Assembly: GCF_004010195.1 (NCBI RefSeq)
Contig: NC_057743.1
Coordinates: 21,228,141-21,292,140, forward strand
Length of the DNA: 64,000 nucleotides
Direction of reading: 5' to 3'
Source: Chiloscyllium plagiosum
Taxonomy: Eukaryota
Below are positions 1-12,787 of this stretch, piece after piece (positions within the stretch are counted from its first letter, which is position 1; each line of letters begins with the position of its first letter). Under the pieces are notes generated by a model. That model saw only the letters and a list, made by a program, of their open reading frames with translations, was not told where the DNA came from and searched no databases. The position numbers were made by a program, and so were the translations under genes.

Positions 1-2112
1 GTAACTTTGAAGGAAGAAATTACATAGCCTATAATGAAACATTAATGTTCTGATTTTAGGCATAAATATTTTCTACTGCAAACTGACAAAGAATGACAAC
101 TTGAAAGTGTTCACTTGCCAGGATTCCATGTTAAGAAATAAATAATCTAATGAGAAACATAATAATTGATATTTCCAACTGATTGCAACGTGAAGAATAT
201 CCATTGAAGGAAAACTTTAGGGCATAAAATTATAATACTTTGTGCTTAATAAAGAAATTTTCAGTTGTTAAATTCACATCAAGAGCTTTTACTGAAATAT
301 GAATGCTCAATATAGATTATATTTGCTTGATGTGCATTGTTAGCAGTTTCTTTTTTCCTGAAAGTAGTGTTCACTGCTGGGGTGATGGTTACACAGACAA
401 CAATCACCTTCCTGTATGAATTCAGAAGGGCAACTTCCAACTGCAAGTCTAATCAATGTGACATTTCTCAGAATGAGGAGCATCACAGCAGAACTCAATA
501 TAAACTCGAGCTTCCAGCAGGGGTTATTAATCAATGATCAGTCATGGGTCTGGATTCACCTGATAGCTGATAATACTGCCTCCACCCCTGCACTAACAGA
601 GACTAGAGAAGTCAGTGCCAGACACCAACTTGATCTGCTACACACAGCTGCACACTAGATAAAGTTGCTGACTCACTGCAGGAACAGCTTTGTACATACT
701 TAATAGATCAGATCTCAATCAAGGAGAAAATCTCCTCAGCAGAAAGTCAACACCCTCATCCAATGATTCAGCAGAACACCTGCAACATGTGTAGGAGTTA
801 AGATTCTGTGACAGAGAATAAAATCCACTGTCCTGAAAAGCAAAGTCACTGTTAAGCAATTAATTACACTTGGGAAGAATGCTACTGAAATAGAGTTTAA
901 ATAATTAACTTGATAGACTGCAACAGTACAAACAGTTTCTAGTTTCTGAGTGATCTCTCAGGCACAGAGCACTGGATAAAAAACCCACTGGTAAATCTGG
1001 ATTATGATATTCCTGGTGCTATCTGAAGTTTCAGTATTACTACTTTCTGGAGTGATATCAGTAGTGTTTTGTTTTTCAAAACTCCAGGTACAAATGATGC
1101 TGCCAAGACATATTTATTGCTCTTACTTTCCAACCATTGAGTTATAGAAAACTACCTGCATCTTTTTATGGACCGTATACAACTCATTGGAGGGTCAGTG
1201 CTGACCCTGTCAAAATGTTGCAAGTGATATTGTTATTGCTGTGTTGACAATGGGTGTAGCCCAGTTTCTACTACTTAGAAGTCCATCGACTAACACCACC
1301 GCTCCCCCCATCGCTTCATGAATGGTTTTTAAGCTGCACAACATTCTCTCACTTCTTTTAGGGCCACAATGTACCATAAGGTTGTGGGAGAAAACCCAGT
1401 ATTTTGCAACCTATTTTCAACAAGGAAATGAGATACGTACTGTTTAATTATCATTTACAACCACAATTAATGTATTGTTGAATGCATCGCCATGGCCTAT
1501 CCTAGACAAACTGAACACCCATCATGCACTTCTCATTTCAAGATTCCATTTAATCAATTCAACAGTGGAAAACTCAGTTTCACTTCAAGTTGTGAGGTGA
1601 ATTACAGAAGGAATGCTGTATAATTTCACTGTTTCTAACCCTTGTGTTTAGAACGTATACAGATGTACACATATGCCTTGTAAATGAAAGCCTGATCGTT
1701 TTATGTAAGTAGATGGCAACAATTGCAGAATTCTGCATTTTGCTAATCTCACTTGTCCCACATCCCCACAGTTGGATTTCAAACTGTCCTTGCAAACCCT
1801 AACTTTTAGTTTCCAGTCAACAAACTGAATTTAAACTAAGAAAATTCTGCAAGCAGAACCTCATTTACATTCCTGTGGATTTTTAAAATACAAAACTTGG
1901 ATATTTAGTCAATAATTTTGTTTGAAACATAATTGCTGAATACCAAAGAAAATAACTGGACCTGGGGGGAGTTTCTTGAGTGTGACGACTTTAGGAAAAT
2001 CAAAAGTAGTGGAAAAGTAGAGGACAGGGGTAAAAACACAGAATAAGATTGCACTCTCAGCTTCTTGAATTGGACTTAACTCACTTGAGTTAACTAACTT
2101 AACTCACTTAAC

Positions 2113-2247
2113 TAACATTCCTGAAGAAGGGCCTGTGCCCGAAACGTCGAATCTCCTGTTCCCTGGATGCTGCCTGACCTGCTGTGCTGTTCCAGCAATA
2201 AAGTTTCAACTTTGATCTCCAGCATCTGCAGACCTCACTTTCTCCTC
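2113..2247 (+). mobile_element. Penelope-like terminal repeat fragment with hammerhead motif
   Basis: Same sequence as the 3' end of the Penelope element at 41150-42872; flanked by direct repeat cttaactcacttgagt (2075-2090, 2248-2263). Confidence 0.8.
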
Positions 2248-3541
2248 CTTAACTCACTTGAGTCAACCATCATTACCCATCTTTTACTAAATTTCAAAAA
2301 AAAAACTTAGAATGTCAAATTATAGCCAGAAACATTTTGCAACAAATGTAGGGTTTCAGATCCAAATCTGGCAAGAGAAAAATAAATCATGCTTTCTTTT
2401 GGACTTTGAACAAAACAAAACACTCTGCCATTATCTTCTCACATTTTGGTTCAAAATCTTATAATAATCTCAATTCACCCCATGTACAGAACCACAGGAT
2501 TGCAGCTATTTTACAGAAATGAAATAAGATGATTCATAAAAGCAGATAAGGAATTGCAATAACTAAGAATTAATCTTAAAATAGAATATATCTTTCAAAG
2601 TGAAATTATGAGCTGCTGCTTATGAATCACCTCATTCCTTTCAGTTGAATTATAATTGTCTTCTCATTTCAAAGAACAATTTTTCCTTCAACCATTTAAA
2701 AAAAAACAGGCTGGGAGGCTATCAATAAGCAGGACGTATGACAGAGGTTAGCTGGAAAGTGCTGATAAGGGTTCCAACTGATAAGTGCATTAGCATTCAG
2801 ACTTCAGTTAATAATTATGAAAGCACATGGTCAAGAAGCACAAATTTATTCAGCTCAGCTTTGCAATTATAGACATTGTAAATGACAGCACTAGGATGCC
2901 ATACCAATAGATTTTTTTTAGAAGTATAGATAAAATTAAGCATTGCAGTTCTACTTTTAATCAACAAAATTTCTAACTAAAGACAGATGATGGACTCCGA
3001 CTGCTACTGTCTGTATTCTTTACACAAGTAAAAAGTTGCCTTGGTAAAGTTGCACATGTTAAAAATTATTACAGAGTCTAATTCTTCCACAAAATTGAGA
3101 TATTGTTGAAGAATACAAATAAATTATTTTGATTGGGGATTAAGGTAGAAACTTACATCGATTTAGACTCTGACTGGAAATAGTGCATTTAAAAATGAAA
3201 ACCATCAGCTTGAGCGAGACTCACCAGTTAGGGGAGGCTGTGTATCCATGCAAAGATGACAAGGTTCAACATTACTTCCAATGCCCACCCAATTTGTACC
3301 CTTTGCCCAAGCTATTAGTGCAGCTCACGCATGGGGGAAGCAAAAAAAGTGGTCAATTTCAGGTAAAGTCCAATTATTATCAAGACTGGCTTGAAACTCA
3401 ACTGTAGCCATCAAATGTCACACACAGCAACTTAATCCTTTTATGTTTTTGTTCATGAAGGCATCTTGTGACGAAGGGACCGACTCTGTCCTTTGGCTCC
3501 TAAATGACCTACTGTCTTCTGATTTTGAGGCTAATACCTAC

Positions 3542-3612
3542 TTGTTACTCTGCTCCCCTGTCCGGTACAGGAATGCATTCAATGTCGCTCTCAGGTCTTC
3601 ACTAATTTTTTC
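3542..3612 (-). CDS. ATAD3A: ATAD3A exon 13 (last exon found in window; gene continues leftward)
   Basis: ttttatag|...|gtaggt; 71 nt; EKISEDLRATLNAFLYRTGEQSN(K). Confidence 0.96.
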
Positions 3613-4269
3613 CTATAAAAGCACATCAGGGCAGAAAGAAAATATGAAAGAAAATATATTGCATTTCATAAAGCAACAATTAGCAGCTGTTGAAAACTGT
3701 AAACATTTCTCAGTTTCACACCGATAAAGTACAATGAAGCTTGCAGTGCATTCTCTGATCTAGATCACAAGGATATAACATGGCAAAGTTAGTTAGTTTT
3801 GGTGTGCAATTACATTAATTCTTTTCTAGTGCCTTTGTTATTATTAATCTATGTAATACTCAATTTCTTCCTCCAAGTGTTGAAATTAATTACGACTGGG
3901 AACCAATCAATTCTAAAGTAACAAATGCAGGCAGGGGCTACCTTGCTCTGAGCCCTGTTGAGAGCAGCAGAGGTTTTTTGAAAAAAAAGCAAAACATTAT
4001 TTCTTCAAAAACACTTCAAACCAAAGATGTGAAACAGAAAGAGCAGTAGCTCAGACACAAAAAAAAATACCACACTGAGCCAAATATTCCAAACTCAATC
4101 TTAATAGGATCATATCTAGGAATGATAATTTTCCACTGTATTTCCCAATTATTAATGGAGAAGTAAAACCAGCTTGTGCATGCTTATACCATAAGAAACA
4201 AAAACAGGAAGAGCCTGTTTCGCCATTTGATAGGATCATGACTAATCAAATATTCCTCACAACCACTCA

Positions 4270-4850
4270 GAGTCACACTGAAACAGATCCTTCGGTCCAA
4301 CTCACCCATGCCAACCAGGTGTCCCAAACTAAACTAGTCCCATTTCCCAGCATTTGGTGCATATCCCTTTAAACCTTTTCAGATCCAAGTACCTGTGCAA
4401 ATATCTTTTAAATGTCATAACGGTACCAGCGTCCACCAGTTCCTCTGGCAGTTCATTCCACATACAATTCACACTGTGTGTGAAAAGGTTGTCCCTTAGG
4501 TCCCTCTTAAATCTTTCCCCTCACCTTAAAATTATGCCCTTTACTTTTGAACTCCCCTTCCCGAGGGAACACACTGTTGTTATTTACCTTACCAATGGCC
4601 TGATTTGATAAACCTCTAATAAGGTTACTCCTCAACTTCCTACGACACAAAGAGAAAAGTCTCAGCGTTTCCAGACTCTCCTTACAACTCAAACGCTCCA
4701 GTTCGGGCAACATCCTTGTGAATCTTTTCTGCATCCTTTCCAATTCAATAATATCCTTCCAAAGCAGGGGAACCAGAACTGTACACAATATTCCAAAAAA
4801 GTGGCCCTCCCATCTTTCGGTACAGCTGCAACATGACATCCCAATTCCTA
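4270..4850 (-). mobile_element. CR1/HER1 LINE 3' fragment
   Basis: Minus ORF ...KDIIELERMQKRFTRMLPELERLSCKESLETLRLFSL..., typical CR1 ORF2 C-terminus. Confidence 0.85.
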
Positions 4851-5089
4851 TGATTTCCCCTACTGATCAAGAATCTATCTCAGCCTTAAAAATACACAAG
4901 GACTTTGCCCCCATGGCTCTGTGGCACAGAGCTCCAAAAACGCTCAACCCTCTGAGAAAAGAAATTCTTCATCTCAGTTTTAAATTGGTATCCCTTCATT
5001 CTGAGACGATGCCCTCTGGTTACAGAAGGGAAACCTACTCTCAGCATTTACCCTGCCAAAACCTTAAGAATCCTATAAGTTTCAATGCG

Positions 5090-5402
5090 ATTAGATTTGA
5101 TTTCTTACAGTGTGGAAACAGGCCCTTCGGACCAAGAAGTCCACACCGACCCACCGAAGAGCAACCCACCCAGACCCATTCCCCTACATTTACTCCTTCA
5201 CCAAACACTACGGGCAATTTAGTATGGCTAATTAACCTGACCTGCACATCTTTGGACTGTGGGAGGAAACCGGAGCACCCGGAGGAAACCCATGCAGACA
5301 CGTGGAGAATGTGCAAACTCCACACAGACAGTTGCCTGAGGTGGGAATTGAACCCGGGTCTCTGGCACTGTGAGGCAGCAGTGCTAACCACTGTGCCACC
5401 GT
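5090..5402 (-). mobile_element. HE1-like tRNA-derived SINE
   Basis: Reverse complement begins cacggtggcacagtggttagcactgctgcctcacag (A box), gggttcaattccc (B box); tail shared with CR1 3' end. Confidence 0.9.
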
Positions 5403-5819
5403 GAGATCACCTCTCATTCTTCTAAACTCTATTGACTACAGACCCAGCCCATTTAGTTTTTGCTCATAAAACAATTCCTTCATACCAGGGATAATCCGAA
5501 TGAACCTGCTCTGATCTGCCTCCAAAAAATCTTTCCTTAAATTGGGGAACCAAAACTGCTCACAGTATTCCAGGTGCGATCACACTAGCGTTTTGTATAA
5601 TTGCAATAAGATGTGCCTCCTCTGGTATCCATGAAATAAGGCCCAACATTTCATTAATTTCCCCGATTAGCTCCTGAACCTTTGTGCTAACTTTCTGTGC
5701 ACAAGTACCCAAGTTCCTTTGTATTGCAGCTTTCTGCTGTTTTTCTCCATTTAAATAATACTGGTCTGATGTTCACCCTTCCAAAATGAACAACTTCACA
5801 TTTCCCACATTATACTCCA

Positions 5820-6125
5820 CAAAGAACAGCCAGGGAATTCCTAGAAGCATGGCACTCATCCACAAACTCCATCAACAAACACATCGACCTGGACCCAATA
5901 TACCGGCCACTACAGCAGACAGCTGAAACTGACAACCGGAAGCGGCAGGGACAGGCCACTATAAATGCCGGAGGAAACACCACAGAAGCGCTTCACAGGA
6001 GGCTCCCAAGCACTGAGGATGTCACCTACACAGGAGACAAAACGTTTGCAACAAAAACTTCCAGCTCGGCGAACAGAACCACACGAACGAGCACCCGAGC
6101 TACAAATCTTCTCACAAACTTTAAA
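5820..6125 (+). mobile_element. Penelope-like 3' fragment (second family) inserted in an old minus-strand CR1 remnant
   Basis: REFLEAWHS..NSINKHIDLDPIY coding remnant; direct repeat attatactcca on both sides. Confidence 0.8.
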
Positions 6126-6659
6126 TTATACTCCATTTGCCAACTTATTGCCCACTTACTTAACCTATCCACATCTCTTGGTAAACAATTTGCATCCCCC
6201 TTGGAACTTGGACTTTCCACCTATTTTTGTGACTTCTGCAAATTTGGCTAGAGTATATATATTTCCTTCTCCAAATGTATATTGTGAACAGTTGCAGTCC
6301 GAGCACTGATCCATGTGGAATCCCATTGGTCAAGGGTTGCCATGGTGAAAAAAGAAACCCATATCTACATTTGCTGTTTCCTGCCCATTAGCCAATTTTC
6401 TATCCATGCCAATATACTACATCTAACACCATGGGATCTTATGTTTTTATGAGGTACCTTGTCGAACACCTTCTGGAAATCCAAATAGAACACATCTATT
6501 GGTTCCCCTTTGGTTGACGCTTGCTCAAATAATTCTTTAAAAGTCAGACAATTTCCCTTTCAAGAAGCCATAATGATTGTGCTTGATTAGATTGTGCTTT
6601 TCTAAATGTTCTGCCATTACTTCCTCAAAGACAAATTTAAATGCTTTTCCAACAATAGA

Positions 6660-9647
6660 TGGAGATAGTGAGGAAAGAGATCAGTCTGAGGTGGGTACAG
6701 TTGAGAACAGAAGTGAGTCAAACAGTCAGGGTAGGCAGGGACAAGGTAGGACTAATAAATTAAACTGCACTAATTTTAATGCAAGGGGCCTAACGGGGAA
6801 GGCAGATGAACTCAGGGCATGGTTAGGAACACGGGACTGGGATATCATTGCAATTACAGAAACATGGCTCAGGGATGGGCAGGACTGGCAGCTTAATGTT
6901 CCAGGATACAAATGCTACAGGAAGGATAGAAAGGGAGGTAAGAGAGGAGGGGAAGTGGCGTTTTTGATAAGGGATATCATTACAGCTGTGTTGAGGGAGA
7001 GTATTCCTGGAAATATATCCAGGGAAGTTATTTGGGTGGAACTGAGAAATAAGAAAGGGATGATCATCTTATTGGAATTGTATCATCGATCCTCTAATAG
7101 TCAGAGGGAAATTGAGAAACAAACTTGTAAGGAGATCTCAGCTATCTGTAAGAATAATTGGGTGGTTATGGTAGAGGATTCTAACTTTCTAAACATAGAC
7201 TGGGATTGCCATTGTGTTAAGGGTTTAGATGGAGAGGAATTTGTTAAGTGTGTACAAGAAAATTTTCTGATTCAACTAGAGAAGGTGCAAAACTTGACCT
7301 ACTCTTGGGAAATAAGGCAAGGTCAGTGGGGGTCAGTGGGGGAGCACTTTAGGGCCAGTGACCATAATTCCATTAGATTTAAAATAGTGATGGGAAAGGA
7401 TAGACCAGATCGAAAAGTTGAAGTTCTAAATTGGAGATTGGCCAATTTTGATGGTATTAGGCAAGAACTTTTGAAAGCTGTTTGGGGGCAGATGTTCACA
7501 GGTAAAGGAACAGCTGGAAAATGGGAAGCCTTCAGGAATGAGATAACGAGAATCCAGAGAAAGTATATTCCTGTCAGGGTGAAAGGAAAGGCTGGTAGGT
7601 ATAGGGAATGCTGAATGACTAAAGAAATTGAGGGTTTGGTTAAGAAAAAGAAGGAAGCATATGTCAGGTACAGATAGGATAGATCGAGTGAATCCTTAGA
7701 AGAGTATAAAGGCAGTAGGAGTATACTTAAGAGGGAAATCAGGAGGGGAAAAAAGGGACATGAGATAGCTTTGGCAAATAGAATTAAGGAGAATCCAAAA
7801 GGTTTTTACAAATACATTAAGGACAAAAGGGTAACGAGGGAGAGTATAGGGCCCCTCAAAGATCAGCAAGGCAGCCTTTGTGTGGAGCTGCAGAAAATGG
7901 GGAAAATACTAAATGAGTATTTTTGCATAAGTATTTACTGTAGAAAAGGATATGGAAGATAAAAAGTGTAGGGAAATAGATGGTTACACCTTGCAAAATG
8001 TCCATATTACAGAGGTGGTGGTGCTGGATGGCTTGAAACGCATAAAAGGTGGACAAAACCCCAGGACCTAATCATGTGTACCCTAGACCTCTGTGAGAAG
8101 CTATAGAAGTGATTGTTGGGGAAGTGATTGCTGGGCCTCTTGCTGAGATATTTGAAGCATCGATAGTCACAGATGAGGTGCCGGAAGACTGGAGGTTGGC
8201 TAACGTGGTGCTGCTGTTTAAGAAGGGTGGTAAGGACAAGCCAGGGAGCTATAGACCGGTGAGCCTGACCTCGGTGGTGGGCAAATTGTTGGAGGGAATC
8301 CTGAGGGACAGGATGTACATGTACAGGAAAAGCAAGGACTGATAGTTAACATGGCTTTGTGTGTGGAAAATCATGAATCACAAACTTGATTGAGTTCTTT
8401 GAAGAAGTAACAAAGAGGATTATTGAGGGCAGAGCAGTAGGTGCGATCTAAATGGACTTCAGTAAGGCATACGACAAGGTTCCCCATGGGAGACCGATCA
8501 GCAAGGTTAGATCTCATGGAATACAGGGAGAACTAGCCATTTGGATACAGAACTGGCTCGAAGGTAGAAGACAGAGGGTGGTGGTGGAGGGTTGTTTTTC
8601 AGACTGGTGGCCTGTGACCAGTGGAGTGCCACAAGGATCGGTGCTGGCTCCTCTACTTTTTGTTATTTACATAAAGAGGTACAGTTAGTAAGTTTGCAGA
8701 TTACGCTAAAATTGGAGGTGTAGTGGAGAGTGAAGAACGTTACCTCAGATTACAACGCGACCTTGACCAGATGGGCCAATGGGCTGAGAAGTGACAGATG
8801 GAGTTTAATTCAGATAAATGTGAGGTCCTGCATTTTGGAAAAGCAAATCTTCCCAGGACTTATACACTTAATGGTAAGGTCCTCGGGAGTGCTAATGAAC
8901 ATGGAGATCTTGGAGTGCAGGTTCATAGCTCCTTGAAAGTAGAGTCACAGGTAGATAGGATAGTGAAGAAGGCATTTGGTATGCTTTTCTTTATTGGTCA
9001 GAGTACTGAGTACAGGAGTTGGGAGGTCATGTTGCGGCTGTACAAGACATTGGTTAGGTCATTGTTGGAATATTGCGTGCAATTCTGGCCTCCTTCCTAT
9101 AGGAAAGATGTTGAGAAACCTGAAAAGATTTACAAGGATGCTGGAGGATTTTAGCTATAGGCTGGGCTGTTTTCCCTGGAGTGTCGGAGGTTGAGGGGCG
9201 ACTTTATAGAGGTTTACAAAATCATGAGGGGCATGGATAGGATAAATAGACAAAGTCTTTACCCTGGGGTCAGGGAGTCCAGAACCAGATGGCATAGGTT
9301 TAGGTGAGAGGGGAAACATATAAAAGAGACCTTGGGGGCAACGTTTTCACACAGAGTGTGGTATGTGTATGGAATGTGCTGCCAGAGGAAGTGGTGGAGG
9401 CTGGTACAGTTGCAACATTTAAAAGGCATTTGGATGGGTATATAAATAGGAAATCTTCTGTTCCCTAGATGCTGCCTGACCTGCTGTGCTGTTCCAGCAA
9501 TAAAGTTTCAGATATAAATAGGAAGGGCTTGGAGGGATATGGGCCAGGTCCAGGCAGGTGGGACTAGATTGGGTTGGGATATCTGGTCGGCATGGACGGG
9601 TTGGATCGAAGGCTCTGCTTCCATGCTGTACATCTCTATGACTCTAT
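6660..9647 (+). mobile_element. CR1/HER1 LINE with near-complete but disrupted ORF2 (endonuclease + reverse transcriptase)
   Basis: ORF pieces [52 protein letters not shown]; ends in ctctatgactctatg; small Penelope insert at about 9452-9511 flanked by atataaataggaa. Confidence 0.95.
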
Positions 9648-10003
9648 GTCAGCCTAAGTGGTCTACAGTTACCCACTTGTTGCCCCTCTCCCTTTGTGAC
9701 TAAGGGTGTCACACTGGCATTTTTCCAATCCTCTGACACTGATCAACCAAGGTCACTCAACCTTACTGAGTCAACTAAAGTCTAACAACAGTACTCCACA
9801 GCAGAGTGGCACTGGGATAGGATTAAGAACAAATCGAGGAGAAAAAGAAGGTTGGAGTAAAAAAAATTATGATGTTTGCCAAAAATGTACATTTGTTTTA
9901 AATGCTCACAATTAATTAGGACCATGGACAAGCAATACTTTGTGCCCTAGCAATTGTTTCTGTTTGCAAAGTTTTCAAAAGGACATGTGGGTAATACACT
10001 TAC

Positions 10004-10055
10004 TGTTGCTCTCTTTCGAAGGAACGCATCCGCCTCATCCACAAACAGCAAAAGC
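10004..10055 (-). CDS. ATAD3A: ATAD3A exon 12 (Walker B)
   Basis: gcacag|...|gtaagt; 52 nt; LLLFVDEADAFLRKRAT. Confidence 0.97.
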
Positions 10056-10694
10056 CTGTGCACAGGAGGCAATTTATAATCATTTCTTTGACTTCAGATA
10101 AAGACATCGAAATATTTAAACCAAAAGCCCAAACTAATTAATTCTCATTATCCTGTGGTGCTGACACTAGGACCACTGATCTAAGAATAAGGCACTCCCA
10201 GGAAGCAAACAGTAAGTGGCACCAACATTTTTAAGCACATTGGTGCAAGTGGATCAAGTGGCAAATTCTGTTTCAGGTGAAAGTCTCTGATGCATGATAG
10301 TTGCAAGAGTGCTACATTAAATGAGTTTTGGCAGCCTCAGCCAAAATGTTTAAAGACATGGGTACACAACCCCTAACACAGCAATATTATGGGAGAGATT
10401 CACGTGGTTAATTGTATTTTAGTTCTAACCTGGAAGCAAACACAAGATGAAATAAACAAAAGTATTGCAAATTCTCAGCAGTAACATCCATCTCCGAGCA
10501 AAATCAGATAAAAATTAAGTGGAAAGTAGCAGAGTCCTTAAGGTCACTGCTGTACAAAGCAAGAGCCAAACAGACATTACTGCATGGAGAGGTTTTCAGT
10601 CAGTATCCCCCTCCACCAAGAACTAACATGCAATTAACTCATCTCTTTGACATACTAACACTCTTACACTCCCAAATCAAAATGACAAACTCAC

Positions 10695-10819
10695 CCTCTT
10701 CTGCTGGTAGCTGCCCAATCAAAAACTTTGTGCATGGCCGTGACACCCTCACGACCCATAGGAGCGACATCACCACCCGTCATAATAGCATAATCCATGC
10801 CGGAATGTGCAGCTAGTTT
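10695..10819 (-). CDS. ATAD3A: ATAD3A exon 11
   Basis: ccttcag|...|gtgagt; 125 nt; [41 protein letters not shown](G). Confidence 0.97.
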
Positions 10820-11049
10820 CTGAAGGAAAAAAAAAGCAAGTCACGAGAAGAATAAATTTGGAAGTAGATATGCTTTCCTGAACCGTGAGCTTCCCATTTT
10901 CAAAGTGAATAGAAGAGGCATTGATCGCAGCTGTAGGCTCTGAGTATTCTGATTCTTGCGCCTCTTTCCCAAAGTAGGTTTAAAGATGTGCACCTGAAAT
11001 GCTTTATAGGTAATCAAAATTCCTTTGAGTCTTTGCCACTGTTGTAAAG

Positions 11050-11250
11050 CAACAGATGTGGCTCATCAATCAATGCACAGCAACGTCTCAACAAAAACCA
11101 TGTCAGTGATTGTTTTTAAAGTGATGTTGAACTGAAGGATGAATATTGGCTAGGAAATTCAAATAACTCCCTTGCTCCTCTTCTAAAAGTGTCATGTGAT
11201 CATTTAAAGCCACCAATGGGGGCAGCAGGGTCTTGGTTTAAAATTTGATC
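11050..11250 (-). mobile_element. Degenerate DeuSINE (SacSINE1-like) central domain
   Basis: aataactcccttgctcctcttctaaaagtgtcatgtgatcattt...gggtcttggtttaa resembles the Deu domain as I recall it; similar plus-strand remnants near 35330-35480 and 45160-45285. Confidence 0.5.
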
Positions 11251-12787
11251 CACCAGCCTGAGTGAAGACTGATACAAAGTTATATTCTACATTGGTTTTG
11301 TCCTCACAATTTGCTTAATTGGCATGTTCAAAATTATTATATTAATATTCATGAATAGTTGCACTAACACTTACATGTGTGGTTACATTAACACTGGTAC
11401 CATTAATATTAGCATACAAGCACACAGGAGGATTCAATTAAACATATTTCTGTGTTGAAGTAGGAGATAATTATATCATGGTGCACACATCTAAATCACG
11501 CATGTCATAATTCATACATAAACTCTTATATTTCCTACTCCACATTAGAACAAAAACCCTCAAAATAAACTTCGAACCCTACAATTTCAACAACCCACCA
11601 ATGGAAGTGCTGCTACTGACAGAAGGGTATAAACTACAGTGTAACAGGTTTGCCCAGTTTCCAAAATAAATGTGGTCATAAGAAATTATAGGCAAAAACA
11701 GACAGGTTTGCATGCATAAGAACTTATCAATCAATCAGAAAAATGTGGTTACAACATGAATGTATACAATTAATACCAGTACATTCAACTGCATTAGGGT
11801 TTTGGCTGTGCTTCAGGTCCACTATTTCTTAGTTCCAGCACAAACTGAATCACTGCAGTGTTATATAAAAAGAAGTATGCTCTCTAAATATAGTCCTACC
11901 ACACACTATAATTTAAGACTAATTTTCCTTTATGCAATTACAAGTGTTGATGCAAATCTCCACGATTAGAGTGATTAAGCAGCGAGGCTATTTACAATGG
12001 AGAGAAATCCTGTGAAATTGTGGAACTGCTGGAAGAGGTGTCAGTATAGTTATTAAACTCTCAAATGAGATATTCCTGTTGATGCTCACTTTACAGGCAA
12101 TGCTGTTAAACATCTGCCCTTGGGAAGAAAATGACATCTCAGCACTGCACAAATCTGATAGGAAAGTGCCACACAGAGCAGCCATTGCATGTAATCCACT
12201 GCACAGAATAAGCAACCAAGTGTCATGCAACCAGAAATCCTCTGTGCAAGCAGTTATCATTTCAGGGACAATGCAACTTCCTTAAATTAACTAAAATAAT
12301 CCACTTGCACAGACAAGGATACGCTGTCAGCGGTTTAAGTAACCTTAAACAGCCACAGCACTAATATATTTAGTGACTGTTTCACATACATTACTTGGAC
12401 AGTGTCACTGAAGCTAATTGGAAAAATCGATTATAGTCTGATCAAGCAGTCTGCTATCCACACACTTTTTTTAAACCTTAAGATTTACGATTCTCCTCAT
12501 TTATCAATTGTTTTATCTCCAACCCTCCTATCTTAATTAACACCAATTCACAATTCCCGACAACAGGATACATCCAACCCCATGCAGAAGTGAAGTGAAG
12601 AGTGTACTTGATGAAGTAAACGACACTACAAACAAACAGTCTTGAGACAAGTAACCCAAAGACATGTTCATTGTAACCGGTGACTTCAATGAGGCTAACC
12701 TTAAGAATGTGCTCGCGAAATTCCACCAACACATCTCCTGCCCCAGAGGTCTGAACATCGACCATTGTTACACAAATTTTAAAGATT

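Noticed and set aside
533-572. Box C/D snoRNA-like words (atgatca...ctga)
   Set aside because: Imperfect C box, too short, no terminal stem
1-3541. ATAD3A exon 14 ([20 protein letters not shown])
   Set aside because: Not found by eye; presumed beyond the left edge
4718-5404. 228-aa plus-strand ORF
   Set aside because: Chance read-through of antisense CR1 and HE1 SINE sequence
6577-7614. 345-aa ORF with an endonuclease domain as a host gene
   Set aside because: CR1 ORF2 apurinic-like endonuclease; the downstream frame is broken by stops and frameshifts
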